Source: Tubiluchus corallicola
Lineage: Eukaryota > Animalia > Priapulida
Direction of reading: 5' to 3'
Assembly (NCBI GenBank): GCA_030141605.1
Contig: JAQGDQ010000297.1
Coordinates: forward strand, 1 to 64,000
Length of the DNA stretch: 64,000 bases
In this document: in pieces, positions 1 through 15,871 of the stretch
Layout of the letters: every line of letters starts with the position of its first letter
Numbering within the stretch: the stretch's first letter is position 1
Program-made: the position numbers and the translations under genes
The notes under the pieces: model-generated
Databases searched by the model: none
The model's input: the letters and a program-made list of their open reading frames with translations, nothing else
What the model was told of the DNA's origin: nothing

Positions 1-394
1 AACAGAAATATAGTGAAGTTAAGTAATTAATATATATCATTATACGAATCAAAGAGTTAACGAATCAGTTAGTCAGCAAAATAATCCAGCAATTGGACGG
101 TCCTAACCCTACACGACTACTAACTAAACAGTGAAGCATCTTTCAACATACAAAATTCAGGCCTCGATACTAGGATGATACCATTACCTATCTAATTGCT
201 CATGTTTGTAATTTTACTAGCTTGTATTTTTAGCAATCGGTGAAAAAATTCGCAAACAAACACTTGCAGCTGCTGCAGCATTATTATGATTACTTCCAGC
301 AAAATAAGCGAAACGAAAAGAGGATTAAGCCAGTAGAAGATTAAATAAATAACCCATTCACGCCTCAATAATAACCCCCTAGCCTCCACGGCAG

Positions 395-462
395 GCACAC
401 ACGCACGCACACGCACGCACGCACGCACGCACACGCATACGCGTACACGCACGCACGCTCAC
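395..462. repeat. (GCAC)n/(CA)n microsatellite
   Basis: Directly visible; explains ORF 192..452. Confidence 0.9.
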
Positions 463-2226
463 CCCATACCCCCAACCCACTGAACTTAGTGACCGAGCAA
501 TGATTTTCTGTTCTTGCATTAACGAGAGAATGAAAGAAACTTCATTCATTGGAGTTTCAAATAAATTGAGTTTATTTTATTCGAACAATACAAGTGACAG
601 TAGCTTTCATGTCAGAGGATAGCTGTTGTTAATAAGCTTTTGTACCGTATCCGGTGCAAATTTTGCACGGTTCTGTTCAAGTACGTTAATTGACCAGTAC
701 AACTAAGTAGATGCCACACGGTCCCACCTTGCTGTTATTTTGTGTTTTGTAACACAAATTATAGCACGTTAGTAGGCCTAAAACATACTTTATTCACTTT
801 ATATCAAACACTTTTTTCTCTATAACTTTTTTATCCTGTTAGCTAATTGGCATTTAAGTAAAACTTGTTGCCATTGTTTGCTATAACTACTTGACCATTG
901 TTGTTAAATAAACTAAAAAAACATGCAACTGTTAGCAGTCTAGATTGGCTTAGTGAATGACCTTTAAACAGTTCTAGCGTGAAAAGGGTTATTTTGTGAA
1001 ACATTTTTGTTTTCCAAAATAAGAAATACCAATTACGGTAATCTGTCTGAAAGCCTGTTTACGTTGCCAGGATGGAAAATTAGCTATTGAACTAAGTGCA
1101 GATGCAGTAAGAGACAAAAGATCAGTAAGACGAAGCAAGGGTATCATAACTCTACTTTTAGCTCATAAACACGCCCGTGGGAAAATTGACTCACCTGAGC
1201 TGAAATTTGACTAAGATCAAGAAGCTGATGTCTGTGACACCTTTATCTGCAACACCTTTCTGACTTAAACAGATTCAAACCTGACTTGATACATTTAGAA
1301 AATGTTATTTGTTGTTATTTTAAAAAATCCGTTAAGCAGGAAACTTATTAGCTAATCATCTTGGCAAGTAAAGTTTGAAGACAATAGTCGAAATTTTGGA
1401 TACATCGCTTTGCGGTCATTCTTAATCATTATGTTGTTTATTTCTAATAAAAACTTTAAATATCAAGAATAAGTAATATAATTGCTATAGTTTTTTTACA
1501 TGTATAGCTAATGTAAAATTTGTAAACTTACTGGTGCATATTTGCTATTGCTATGAATTATTGTCCTGGTGATATAGCATTTTTATGTAATAAAGGTAAT
1601 TATTATATAAATGTTATAATAAGAATAATCAACTTTTTTATGTGTGTATAAACATCACAAATTTGTACATGAAAAACACATTCGTTTCTATCGTCGTTAT
1701 AGTATTTCCACAATAAATAAATAAGTCATAAACATGTTATGAAAGTGTGTTATGCATACTCTTGTTGTGCAAACTGGTAGCAGTTATTGGCAGCAGTGAT
1801 AAACAGTACAAGAACTTTGACATGATGTGAGTGAATGCGTCTGTAGCACAATCAGGTAAGGCACTGTACTCCATCATCGTGAGTTCCAGAGAATGCCGCA
1901 TTTCTCCATGTTTGCGAACTGTGCCGATTTTACGAGCTTTAAAAAGAGATTTTGTAAAACCTTGCACGACTATGATTTCCAGAGCTCGACTTTGGATCAG
2001 CTGATCTCTACCATTTGCGCTTGAGATGCTTAATTCCGCTTTGCAATTCGTGAATTGGCCCTGCCATTTATATTGTGACAGTTTTACGTTACTCCCAGAT
2101 ACAATATCCCCCCTCATAGGGAAACTTGGAACTAGGTTTTAATTACCAGCACCAATTTCATATTACCCTGACTTACGATCATGTGTTGCATATATGAAAG
2201 CAGTCACCTCAACTGCTATTGGTATA

Positions 2227-2650
2227 CAGGGCCAGATTGAGGTGTGTTAAGCACACCCAGCGCTGGACCGGTACCCCGGGTCTCTCCTTTTGCCGTATGA
2301 CACCATGTACATCCTTCGCGACACAAAATATACACATTATGTGATACAAATTATGCGACATGTATAAAACAAACTCCATTGCCCTATATAGGATTTATGC
2401 CACTTAAATTCTTTATTGACTTCAAAATAAAATTTTAATTAAACAAATCTACTACAAAAAATATGATGCCTGTCAACAGCAAAAATTAATCATTCTCCTG
2501 CTGCCCTCTACCTTACATTTTGAATTGTGTAGTACTTTCATGATGTTTAACATACTTTATTAAAATTTTATCTGTTTTCAATTTATTATTATTTGCCAGC
2601 TTGGTGCCTTAGGGATGTACTTGGTCTGCTTATGCGTTAATCCGGCCCTG
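2227..2650 (+). mobile_element. Non-autonomous hAT-type MITE, complete copy
   Basis: TIRs CAGGGCCAGATTGA...TTAATCCGGCCCTG; flanks ttggtata (2219-2226) and ctggtata (2651-2658) form a 7/8-matching 8-bp TSD, the length typical of hAT elements. Confidence 0.8.
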
Positions 2651-2790
2651 CTGGTATAGTACACAGTCGTAAAAGCGGCAGATTGCCAACTCATCTTAGC
2701 AATATTAGTAAGAGGAGTTACTAGATATCTTAGCAATATTAGAACGAGGAGTTACAAGATATTCTTTTATGTGTATATATATATTGCCAT

Positions 2791-3171
2791 GCACCAAGCT
2801 GGCAAATAATAATAAATTGAAAACAGATAAAAATTTTAATAAAGTATGTTAAACATCATGAAAGTACTACACAATTCAAAATGTAAGGTAGAGGGCAGCA
2901 GGAGAATGATTATTTTTTGCTGTTGATAGGCATCATATTTTTTGTAGTAGATTTGTTTAATTAAAATTTTATTTTGAAGTCAATAAAGAATTTAAGTGGC
3001 ATAAATCCTATATAGGGCAATGGAGTTTGTTTTATACATGTCGCATAATTTGTATCACATAATGTGTATATTTTGATCCGCGAAGGATGTACATGGTGTC
3101 ATACGGCAAAAGGAGAGACCCGGGGTACCGGTCCAGTGCTGGGTGTGCTTACACGCCTTAATCTGGCCCTG
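2791..3171 (-). mobile_element. Second, inverted and one-end-truncated copy of the same MITE
   Basis: Near-identical reverse complement of about 2227-2607; ends TTAATCTGGCCCTG next to a (TA)n run. Confidence 0.85.
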
Positions 3172-3207
<36 letters not shown>

Positions 3208-3419
3208 ATCTTTATTTGCCATAAAAAGTCGATATTCATAAGCATAAAACAACATCGCAGCACGAGAATGAAAATTCACAACTGTTAAAGGCAAATGCGT
3301 CCAGGGCAAACTAAAAACTACTGTGCCAAAAATTTAAAATAAAATATATATTACAATGTTACGCTATTATAATATAGTGCAAATTATAATATAGACTATA
3401 TAGAATATATACGCACAAT

Positions 3420-3820
3420 TTAAAATGGACGTGGGAAAATAAAATTTGCGGATGAATATATATTATCATTAACGGTATGTAGGGTTTTCAAAACGATTTA
3501 ATATATGTATTTTTAATTTTGATTTGTATTCGTAAAAAGATTTGATTTGTTTTAAATTTGATTGCAGGGCATTCCAGAGTTGAACTCCTTGTTTAGTGAT
3601 AGAATTGTTGCCGTATTTGTTATTAGTGCGTGTTTGTTTAATATTGTGTGTTCTTGGATTTAATGTTGGCTCCAAGAGGAGTGGAAGCTTATTTTTGTTG
3701 AAGGGCGTATTAATATTGTAGATGAATTTATATAAAAATAGGATTATAATGTTGCTGTGATGGGCTATTTCTTGGGTAGATGTTGGCGCGTAGAAGTATG
3801 TAAGCCAAGCATTCCGAATG
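3420..3820 (-). mobile_element. 3' fragment of a non-LTR retrotransposon (CR1/L2-like ORF2 C-terminus)
   Basis: ORF 3469..3675 NSITKQGVQLWNALQSNLKQIKSFYEYKSKLK matches the S..Y.G..LWN.LP..LK...S...FK..LK pattern ending many LINE ORF2s; same pattern as at 49.6-49.8 kb. Confidence 0.7.
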
Positions 3821-4081
3821 TTTTAAGAAACAAAAGTCTCCAAATCGTTGGTGTAAAAGCCAGAATTATATAGTTTCTCTAACTGCTCGTTTATCGGCTG
3901 AAGTAAAAAGCTGTCATATAGTAGCTAGGCTTTATCAGCCGTAAATAGTTACCAGACAAGGTGCATTATGAAGATGAAAATGTGATAGGTGATTCGACGT
4001 AAACAACCGTAGATAATGGTGAAGTCCAATTTCTGATTAACAGTAACTGTAACTTTGCTCTTTCGCCGATTAATTACTGTT

Positions 4082-4152
4082 ATGGACAATTTCAAGTGTG
4101 GGCGGTGCAGAGAAAAGCAGAATGACGCGACCGATCCGCCCACGTCTATTCA
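4082..4152 (+). CDS. Candidate first coding exon of the SMAD-like gene
   Basis: ATG...CA|gtaagg (phase 2), MDNFKCGRCREKQNDATDPPTSI; joins in frame to 6307-6347 and 7338. Frame compatibility only, no homology. Confidence 0.3.
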
Positions 4153-5909
4153 GTAAGGTGGTGTTTACCTGGATCCGGAGAGAGTGGTGGTATAACATTT
4201 GGGAAAGAGAAATGAAAAGGAGAAAGACAACATTTATTACCATCGTTTATTTAATAGACAACATTTAGCACTTCTAGCTATGAGGAAACGCTACTAAGGA
4301 AGATGTTTATGACGGTTGATCTACCTCAGACTACCTGACTGTGTTTGCAGTTTTATATACCACCATGCGCAGTATACGGTTTTGCATTCTGCCTTATATT
4401 CCATATTCTGACGGGAAGAGATGAGGCTTCTTTGAATGACTTAGTGGGAGGGGCGAACAAACCACACTGAATGCTAATTTCCATAAAACGAGTTTTTAGA
4501 AATAAGTATGAAGGATAAAAACGATTTTACACTAACTTTTCTTGCGATTGAGGAAAGATAAATTAAATCATAGTTAAAAAGACTCACTGCTATTTACACT
4601 TAACTATTCATGCATTAATTAATTTAGAACAAATTGTTCAATACAATGCCTACCAAAATAGGAAACTCTTCTTAAGCTATTCTTTTGAACGAAAGTTATC
4701 CTATTCTATTAAATTAAGAAACGCGTTTAAAAACAAGGAAAAATAAAGGTGCAATTTTGTTAGTTGTGGATTTTTTTAATTCGTTGTTACTGCTTTCATT
4801 ATTAATAATTGTGTTCCATTAAACTATAATTATTAATGTATAACGCTTGCTAAGGTAATTAGCCTATTACGTGGGAAAGACGCTTCCGAGATGACTAATA
4901 ACTGCAGGGAAAAACCATGCAGAATACAGGAATTAGTTGCATGGTAGAGCAATTATATAAGTGGGTTTACAAGTCTAAAAGCTGCTCCCTTGATACTTGC
5001 TTGTTGGTAATATATTTAAAATCGGTTCATCTCATCATATACATATGAGGTTCACTGAAAGTAAGTCATAATGTCAGATCAATCCTTTTTTAACTAAGTC
5101 AAGTGACCAAACAGTGTAACAAAATTAAGCAACTATTATATAACGAAGTCATATGTCACCATACCACTGCCTGTCTTCCACCCTCAGTGTCTATCCAACA
5201 AGTCTGGTGGCTCTACTATTCTCGTTTTGGAGTTATTCACTGTCGAAGCGGAGAAACAATAATAATAATAAACGGTTGATTTCCAATAAGATTCTGCGGA
5301 TGCGATATGCAGAATCTTAATTACGTCTGCACGTCATGTTGCGATTTCTTATATATCACATCGCAATAAAAAATTGACATTTATGTTATGGTAACGTGGC
5401 TTAAGCAACCGTGTATACTGCATAAATAAATAAGTAAATAAATAAATACATATTCAGACCAACTAATTACCTATAAGCGATTATTGCATCAATTATTATT
5501 CGCGTGTGATTTTAGTGGTGTTATGAAAAGAGGAACTGTGTGAAGGAGAAGAAGCCATGGGTCCATTAAAGGTAGGATTCTAAAAACATCTTATAGATTA
5601 ATCTATAGTTGTGAAATGACACTGGAAATTCAAATTTTTTACTCATATTGCTCACGTTTGTTATTCAAGCATCGCTGAATCCAGTCAATTGTTGGATGGT
5701 GTCAAAGGCTAGTGTTTGTAGTAACATTAGATAAAAAAATGCTGTCTAGTGTTGGGGGTTTTCACGCCCATCCAAAAATTGGGGAAATACAGAAGACTGC
5801 TATAACAAAAAAAGAAGACAGAAGAGCAAAAAGAAACAAAGAATAAAAACAAAAAGAAAGAAAAAAGAAGAACGAAAAAAGAAACATCCTCTTCTCTCAT
5901 TCGTTCTTG

Positions 5910-6160
5910 GACCAGGCGGTTTAGTTTAGTAGTAACGCGTTCGCTTTCCGTCTGTGAGTTCGATACAGAGGCCGATACAAAGACTTTAAATGGTACCTTC
6001 TGTTACCTTGCCTGGCGCGTGGTGTTTAAGGTAAAAGTGGGGTATTAATTGTCACTGTTATGTAGATGTAGTTTGTTATTTGCAGTCGCCGATGATAGCA
6101 CTTTCAGCTGATGTTAATTTGTTCATCGGAAAGCCGACTTTAAATAAAGATTACTTTTTA
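5910..6160 (+). mobile_element. tRNA-derived SINE
   Basis: A-box-like TAGTTTAGTAGT, B-box-like GAGTTCGATAC, core ATACAAAGACTTTAAATGGTACC shared with the 23.4-kb copy, AATAAA near the 3' end. Confidence 0.65.
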
Positions 6161-6306
6161 ATATCATTCGTTTATCGGTTATTGAGTATTTTTCATTAAT
6201 TAGCATGAACAGTTTATGAACATGTTTTTATTATGTTCATGATCATGGCGTCATACACGTGATGTTTCACTGTGACTGTGTGAAAATAAAACTTTTTGAT
6301 TGACAG

Positions 6307-6347
6307 ACGTGGGAGATGGACAACCTACTGCCTTACGTCACCAACAG
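6307..6347 (+). CDS. Candidate short upstream exon of the SMAD-like gene (coding or 5' UTR)
   Basis: ttgacag|...AACAG|gtaaga; open (RGRWTTYCLTSPT) in the phase required by exon 7338. Confidence 0.4.
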
Positions 6348-7337
6348 GTAAGAATAAAGCAAAGTCTATATAAAAGGTTCAACATCATTTCCAAACTCAA
6401 TATTCTAGCTTTTGTCGTCTTAGAAAACTCAGACTTATTCTAGTCAAGGTAAGCCAAGTTTTGCTTTCTTAAATATATGTTGCTATCATAAATTAGCATG
6501 TGCATTTCATAATTTCACTTTATACCCTATGCTATAAGCATACTGACTATGCTTGTAATAAATAAACTTCGTATAATGTTGACTGCATTATTAATGAAAT
6601 ATGTTTTAATTAGTATATGATTTTTAAAGGCGTCTTTTTAGACGTTTTTTTATTTTCTTTATTTGCCTGTACATATTTTTATTGTAAATTATTTTTTGTA
6701 GTGTGTTTTTAATTTTTTAAGTGTGCCAAATAATTCAAAATTGATGTGCGAATAAAGATCACATATAAAGATATAAATCATATTCAATTCATTGGTTGTG
6801 CTTGGTGAGATGTAATGGAAGAATAGCTAGTACATAAAGATATATATGCACGTACTTTGCTTCTACTTTGAAATTATTATTTTCACAATTTCTAGGTTCT
6901 TTTGCACTTTAGTAGCAACTAAATCGTATTTAAATTCATCAGTTGCGTTTGGTGTAGTGTAAAGGAAGAAGTATGAAAATTTCATTAATACAAAGATTCG
7001 ACATAACATATCCACTAGCCCGAATGTCTAGGCTATTAGTTTAAAGGTAAAACAATACTACAATAGCTTTGGCTTAAACGTTTGTAACCACAGACGATAA
7101 CAATGATTATTTGAAAATGACACAAACCTGTGTAGCTTATCTTCACTTATCTTTCTTACATGCTTATTTCTGCTATAAAGTTGTGTGGAATTGTACAACT
7201 GCGTGTGTAATTTACAAGGACGGTGTCCACGGCTATAATGCTGTCACATTATATAACCAGCAAAACACTAACGTGTCATTTTGAATTTTTTACTTGTTTT
7301 GTCAGTTTTAAGAGTTACGTAAGTCAATTATTTTCAG

Positions 7338-10680
<3,343 letters not shown>

Positions 10681-10930
10681 AATAATTCTTCAAGCATTTT
10701 TTTACATAAATTTAGGGCACTGAAAGTTGGAATCCAACATTGAATGACAGGGCATGGTCAATGTGGATGAGCATGGTCAATGTGGATGATAATGGTAAGA
10801 TATTGAAATTTCGCTTGTTACTACATCTACTCCTATAGAACGAGACATCAGACGAGTTTTAATCAAGTTCTGATATGATCTACTTTGGTGGCGAATGAAG
10901 CCACACAAAGCAAGTATCAGTAAATCCTGT

Positions 10931-11010
10931 CATCCATTCACTGATTGGCCTCGGTATTGGTTGCTGAGTGCTCACTGTGGCCAATACCGAGGCTAATCAG
11001 TGAATGGCTG
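10931..11010. other. Near-perfect 27-bp hairpin (pre-miRNA-sized) downstream of the SMAD stop
   Basis: Arms 10934-10960 and 10981-11007 are complementary with one G-U pair; 20-nt loop. Confidence 0.85.
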
Positions 11011-11419
11011 ATCTATCATTCAGCTATATCTTTTGGGGTTCTTGTATATTTCTTTCTTCGTTCATTAATTCATTCCTGTTTTGCCTCACCCTAACATTTC
11101 TTTTTTTGGTTCATCCTTTTTTGTTGGCCCTCTTCCCTCTCGCATTTGAATGATTTCCTTTCCTATTCACTGACACGTTGGTTAATTGACTCATTCATTG
11201 ATTAATCGCTCCGCGCAGTTGTTATAGGATCCATTCACGATTGTATCCACTGGTTCATTCATTTATTCACGACAATTTAGTCGTTTATTTAATTCTTCAT
11301 TTTGTCACTAATTGTGACTGTTTCATTACAGATGTTTGTTAGTTTCTTGTGTTATAATCACGTTCATTTGCACATTCATTTACATAATCATTTGCTGGTT
11401 GTTACTTCCCAACTATTGC

Positions 11420-12330
11420 ACTTACAATATGACACTATGTTGTCATTACCCAATTGTTGCACTACCATATGATACTAGGCGTCTTGATTTCAAAGTATTG
11501 CATTTTCCGCCGCTCATATGACATTACGTTTTCTTCACCCAGTTGTCCCACTTACCAAACGATGTCGGTTTGTCATTGCTCATTTATTGCATTTTCCACT
11601 ATTTGTTACACCGATATTGCTCAACTGCTTAACTCTTGCTTTTATCAACTGCTATTCCTGGTTGTCATTGTCAGTCCCAATCCCCAATGCACTTACCAAT
11701 TGATACTAGGTTATCATTGCCTAATTGTTGCATTTTCCACAAGATATAAGGTTGTTGCTACGTAGCTGTTCCACTTACTTCATAATATTAGATTATCATT
11801 GCTCAGTTGTATTTTCCAATAAATACTAGGATGCTATTGCCCATGTGTTGCACTTACCCTATGATAAATGTTGTCAGTGCCTAGTTGATGTACCAACAGC
11901 TGTTGCATCTTATTTTTATTTAAATCTAGCTGAAAATAAATTTAATGCATTATTTTAAGTTGTCATTGTCAAATTGTTGTTGCATGATATTAGGTTATCA
12001 TTGTCCTTTCGTTGTTGCATGATATTAGGTTATCATTGTCCAATCGTTGTTGCCTTCTATTAGGTTGTCATTGTCCAATTGTTGTTGCATGATATTAGGT
12101 TGTCATTGTCCAATTGTTGTTGCCTTCTATTAGGTTGTCATTGTCCAATTGTTGTTGCATGATATTAGGTTATCATTGTTTAATTGTTGTTGCATGATAT
12201 TAGGTTATCATTGTTTAATTGTTGTTGCATGATATTAAGGTTGTCAGTGTCCAATTGTTGTTGTATGATATTAAGCTGTCGTTGTTTAATTGTTGTATTT
12301 ACTTTGTCATTACCAATTGCTACACGTATC
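11420..12330. repeat. 35-bp minisatellite (TATTAGGTTGTCATTGTCCAATTGTTGTTGCATGA), well conserved about 11955-12300, degenerate upstream
   Basis: Directly visible tandem units. Confidence 0.9.
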
Positions 12331-14738
12331 ACATGATATTTTTTAAACAGAGTTCAGCATACGGGTAACTAGAATCTAGTTCTTAACTGCATAGTTGATT
12401 ATTCATACTGAGTGGTTGTGACGGGCTGAGGATGAAGAACATTCGTTTAGATGACTCGAGCTGCTGAGCCAGCATTGCGCTCTAGCTGCATTTAGATGTG
12501 CAAACATCTGCCTTCTGCGAGAGTATTAACCAAAGATAGCATGGCAGTTGAAACCTCCTAAGATTTTCTGCTGATCCACCAGCCTTTTACTAACCAGATT
12601 TGTAGACAGAATTTCAACAGTAACCACGGTTAGTACTGCCAAAGCATTTTAACGAAGCGCACACGACGACCATTTAATTATTTCCTAAGGTCACCATCGC
12701 TACGTTATAAGGTACAGACAAACCTGCAGGCAGTTATCGTTGAGTACCGTATAAAGACTTTTTAACAGATCCATCCGTGCAGTAATGGCAATGCAACCCA
12801 GCTACCTCAAATTGTGTATGCCCCTGTCAAATGTTACGACAAAATTTAATATTTTTACAAATAATTGTCTTTCTGCCTTTTACATCATCCAACATTTTTC
12901 TTTATCACCTCAGAATTTTCGACTTTTTGTTCATCATTTTTTACCGCCACAGGGTGGGACAGTCTAACAAGCCCTGCTTTTCGATCGTTTCGCTGGCCCA
13001 TTTACGCAAATATATAGGCAAATGTGACTGTGAGGCAGTTCCTACACCAAAACAGTATAAACAATTATACTATGTTCATTGTAGGCCTACAAAGTATTGT
13101 TGTTCATAAAAATTGTTGTAAATGTGTTGTGTGAAAATAGATGATTTATGATTTATGACTAGAATAGCTTATGCCCATAACATTTTTCAGTTTCAGAATA
13201 ATAAGATATTAATTTATCTTTTATTTTTTGTAATTATTGTCTGGTTCTGGTGTGTGCTCAGCTATTATCTACTCAAAACATTGTAAGTTTCAAACATTGG
13301 TAGCTGGTCAATCAGCACTTTTGATTGAGTCATGTAGTTGAAACTGAGAAGGGCTATGGATAATGGCAATTTTTTAGAACTTATTCAGTGTTAAACCAAA
13401 TGTCATAGAATTGCTGCAACATATTTTACTAATATCTGTTTCACCTCTGTTTGATAATTCTATAGTTCCCCTTGGCAATTCAATTATTACAATGAGCCTA
13501 CATTAAATGTTGTTTAAACTTAATTAGAATAAACTTTTAGATTAACCTGTTTATAAACATTAATGGCAAAGACAGTGTTACTATGTGCTAACTTAAGTTG
13601 TACGTGTCTTGTAGTTCAAATGTTGCGAACTCTTCACTCCAGTACTGTTACTTTTATCGCCATTGGTCAGAACGGTGGACAGAATCACCATTTTGTTGTA
13701 GTATACGAAATTAGATGCAATTATCAGACGGATCGGTTTCTAGATGTTGGAGGTCTTGGAAACTATAAGAAATCATGTGTGCTTTCACGTGTTAGAAAGT
13801 TAAAAAAGGTAAACATAAAAATGTGTTTCTTTTATCGCGTTATGGAAGATAATGGATTATATAAAGGCTCAATTAAATGTTGTGGATCTTCACCGGGTTG
13901 TCTGTAGATGGCGCTAACGACATGTATTACATCCATTACTATTTTATATGTATTTTTGTCAAAATAGTTGATAAATATGTACTGTTAACCGTAATATCAT
14001 TTCTCACTGACTAGCGAGGTCATTATTAGCATTTGGTTACCTACCGGTACTGTCTTTTTAAGTTTTCTGTTGTTATCAACAAACGGTAACCAGGTAGGGT
14101 GAAAAAGTTAGAAGAGTCTGGATGAAGCCATGTTTCGGGCAAAGCTAAGACTGAAAAGTTGATTTTCAAGAAACGTAAGAGATTTTAAGATGATAATAAT
14201 TAATAACTAAACTACAAAATATTGTTACTCTTCTGGTTTCGAAATCTCTCGCCTTCAAAACTGTTGAGTATTTGTGTAGCGTCGAAATCTATTTCCTCCA
14301 AAACAACTGAAGTACTAAAGACGAAAGCACTGTGGTACACGGAATAATTATCTTAAAGATGTCAGAGGCAAAGTTTTGAATTTTGTAGTGTGACCACATT
14401 ATGTTATCATTATTATTTCACTATACCTGACAAGTTTCTTTAAGTGAGTCATAAATAAGCCATTAGTATAAATCATAAATTATTATTATAATGTGTGCAT
14501 AAATAACAGAAAAAATGTTCAGTATCATATTATTAACTTCTTGGTATTTTTGTTCAGAAAGTCAAGATTAACTTTTGTCTAAACCAATAAAAGGTACAAA
14601 CCGAATTGGTGCTCAATCATGCTGCTAACGAATATACAGAGTTAACGAAAAACGTTTAAATTAATTCATATAATTGAACCAGCGTTATTTGTCCTAATAA
14701 AATAGGCCTCCAACTGTACATTCATATAGAATTTCTAT

Positions 14739-15871
14739 TCAGGCTTTAAACATTTTTATAACGTCTTTGATTGGTCTTCTACAGATTGGACACAAACCAT
14801 CACCTATTTTGAATTGTGTCTCCGCACAAGCATGACACATGCACACATGTCCACAATCGTATATCACGCAGTCAGCTTCCTTGTCTAAGCAGACTGTACA
14901 TTCGGAAATAACTGGTGAAGTATCGCTGGACGGCGCCAGAGTCTTGGTTTCTGATTGCTGGCGCGGCAGTTCTGCGTTAACTGAGTTATTTGATGTATTC
15001 ACAGGAACTGCTTCAGAAGTGTTAGTGGCTGAACAACTTGTAGAACTTGGCAAACCGCCACTTTGTGCTGTTGAGGAACTAATTCTGTTATCAGAAACAG
15101 GCAGTGACAGACTAAAAACGTGTGTTTGTGACAATGCATCAGCAACATGGTCATTTATTGATGGCAGTTCTGCAGTTAGTGGCTTACTGTTGCTAGAATT
15201 AGAATTGTTATGAGAAAGGAGACCGCCCTCCGTTCTTCCTCCTAAAACTGGCAATCCCTTTCCAGCAGGAATCGGTAAAACTTGCACTCCTATTTTCGAT
15301 GGATTGATCTTGGGACGTGGTGGAACAGGAGGTGGCTTAAGTTTGGGATAGTTCTGTGAGGGAGGTGTTAACGTTTGGGTTACAGGTAGAAGAGGGGGCA
15401 ATTGTGGTGATGGGAATGTATTCTGAACAGAAACCGAAGATGTTCCTGGTAAGTTGGAAGATGGCGTGTTAGACATTTCAATGGTTATCAGATCTCCTTG
15501 TTCAAGATTTGATAAGCTTGTTGATGGTTTAATTGGCGAAACTTTCTCAGGAGTGATAGGGTTTGGGAGACAAACTGATTTAGGTCTTTCTGTTAAAATA
15601 TAGTCACAGAAGTCTGGCATCGGTTTTGCCGGTGAAATCTTGGGTGGTCGAGGTCGTGGAGGGGGAATACGTGGTGCTACTGGAGGAGTTTTATCGCCAT
15701 GGTAAACCGTCTCTTGAAGTTTGTTCTCTCTTTCGTCAGTCTTTGCCAGTGATAAGACTGGCGGAAAAATGGAATTAGTATTACTGCAAGATGGCGTGGC
15801 AGGCGAGACACTTGCACTACTTGGTACTGAACTGTGATCATAATGCCTGCCTTCTTGCGATGACGCAACAC
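14739..15871 (-). CDS. neur: neuralized terminal exon (linker + RING)
   Basis: aacttttag|GT GTT GCG.. open to TGA at 14739. Confidence 0.95.

Noticed and set aside
1737-2117. 126-aa minus ORF (QLIQSRALEII, LINE-like); the plus strand has a broken signal-peptide-like stretch with Cys
   Set aside because: Two incompatible weak readings with stops or frameshifts; neither is supportable without a search.
12420-12800. Minus-strand TDGS and LGGFNCH snippets resembling RNase H or APE motifs; CTGAGGA hammerhead-like start
   Set aside because: Isolated short matches with no consistent frame; no GAAA after the stem.
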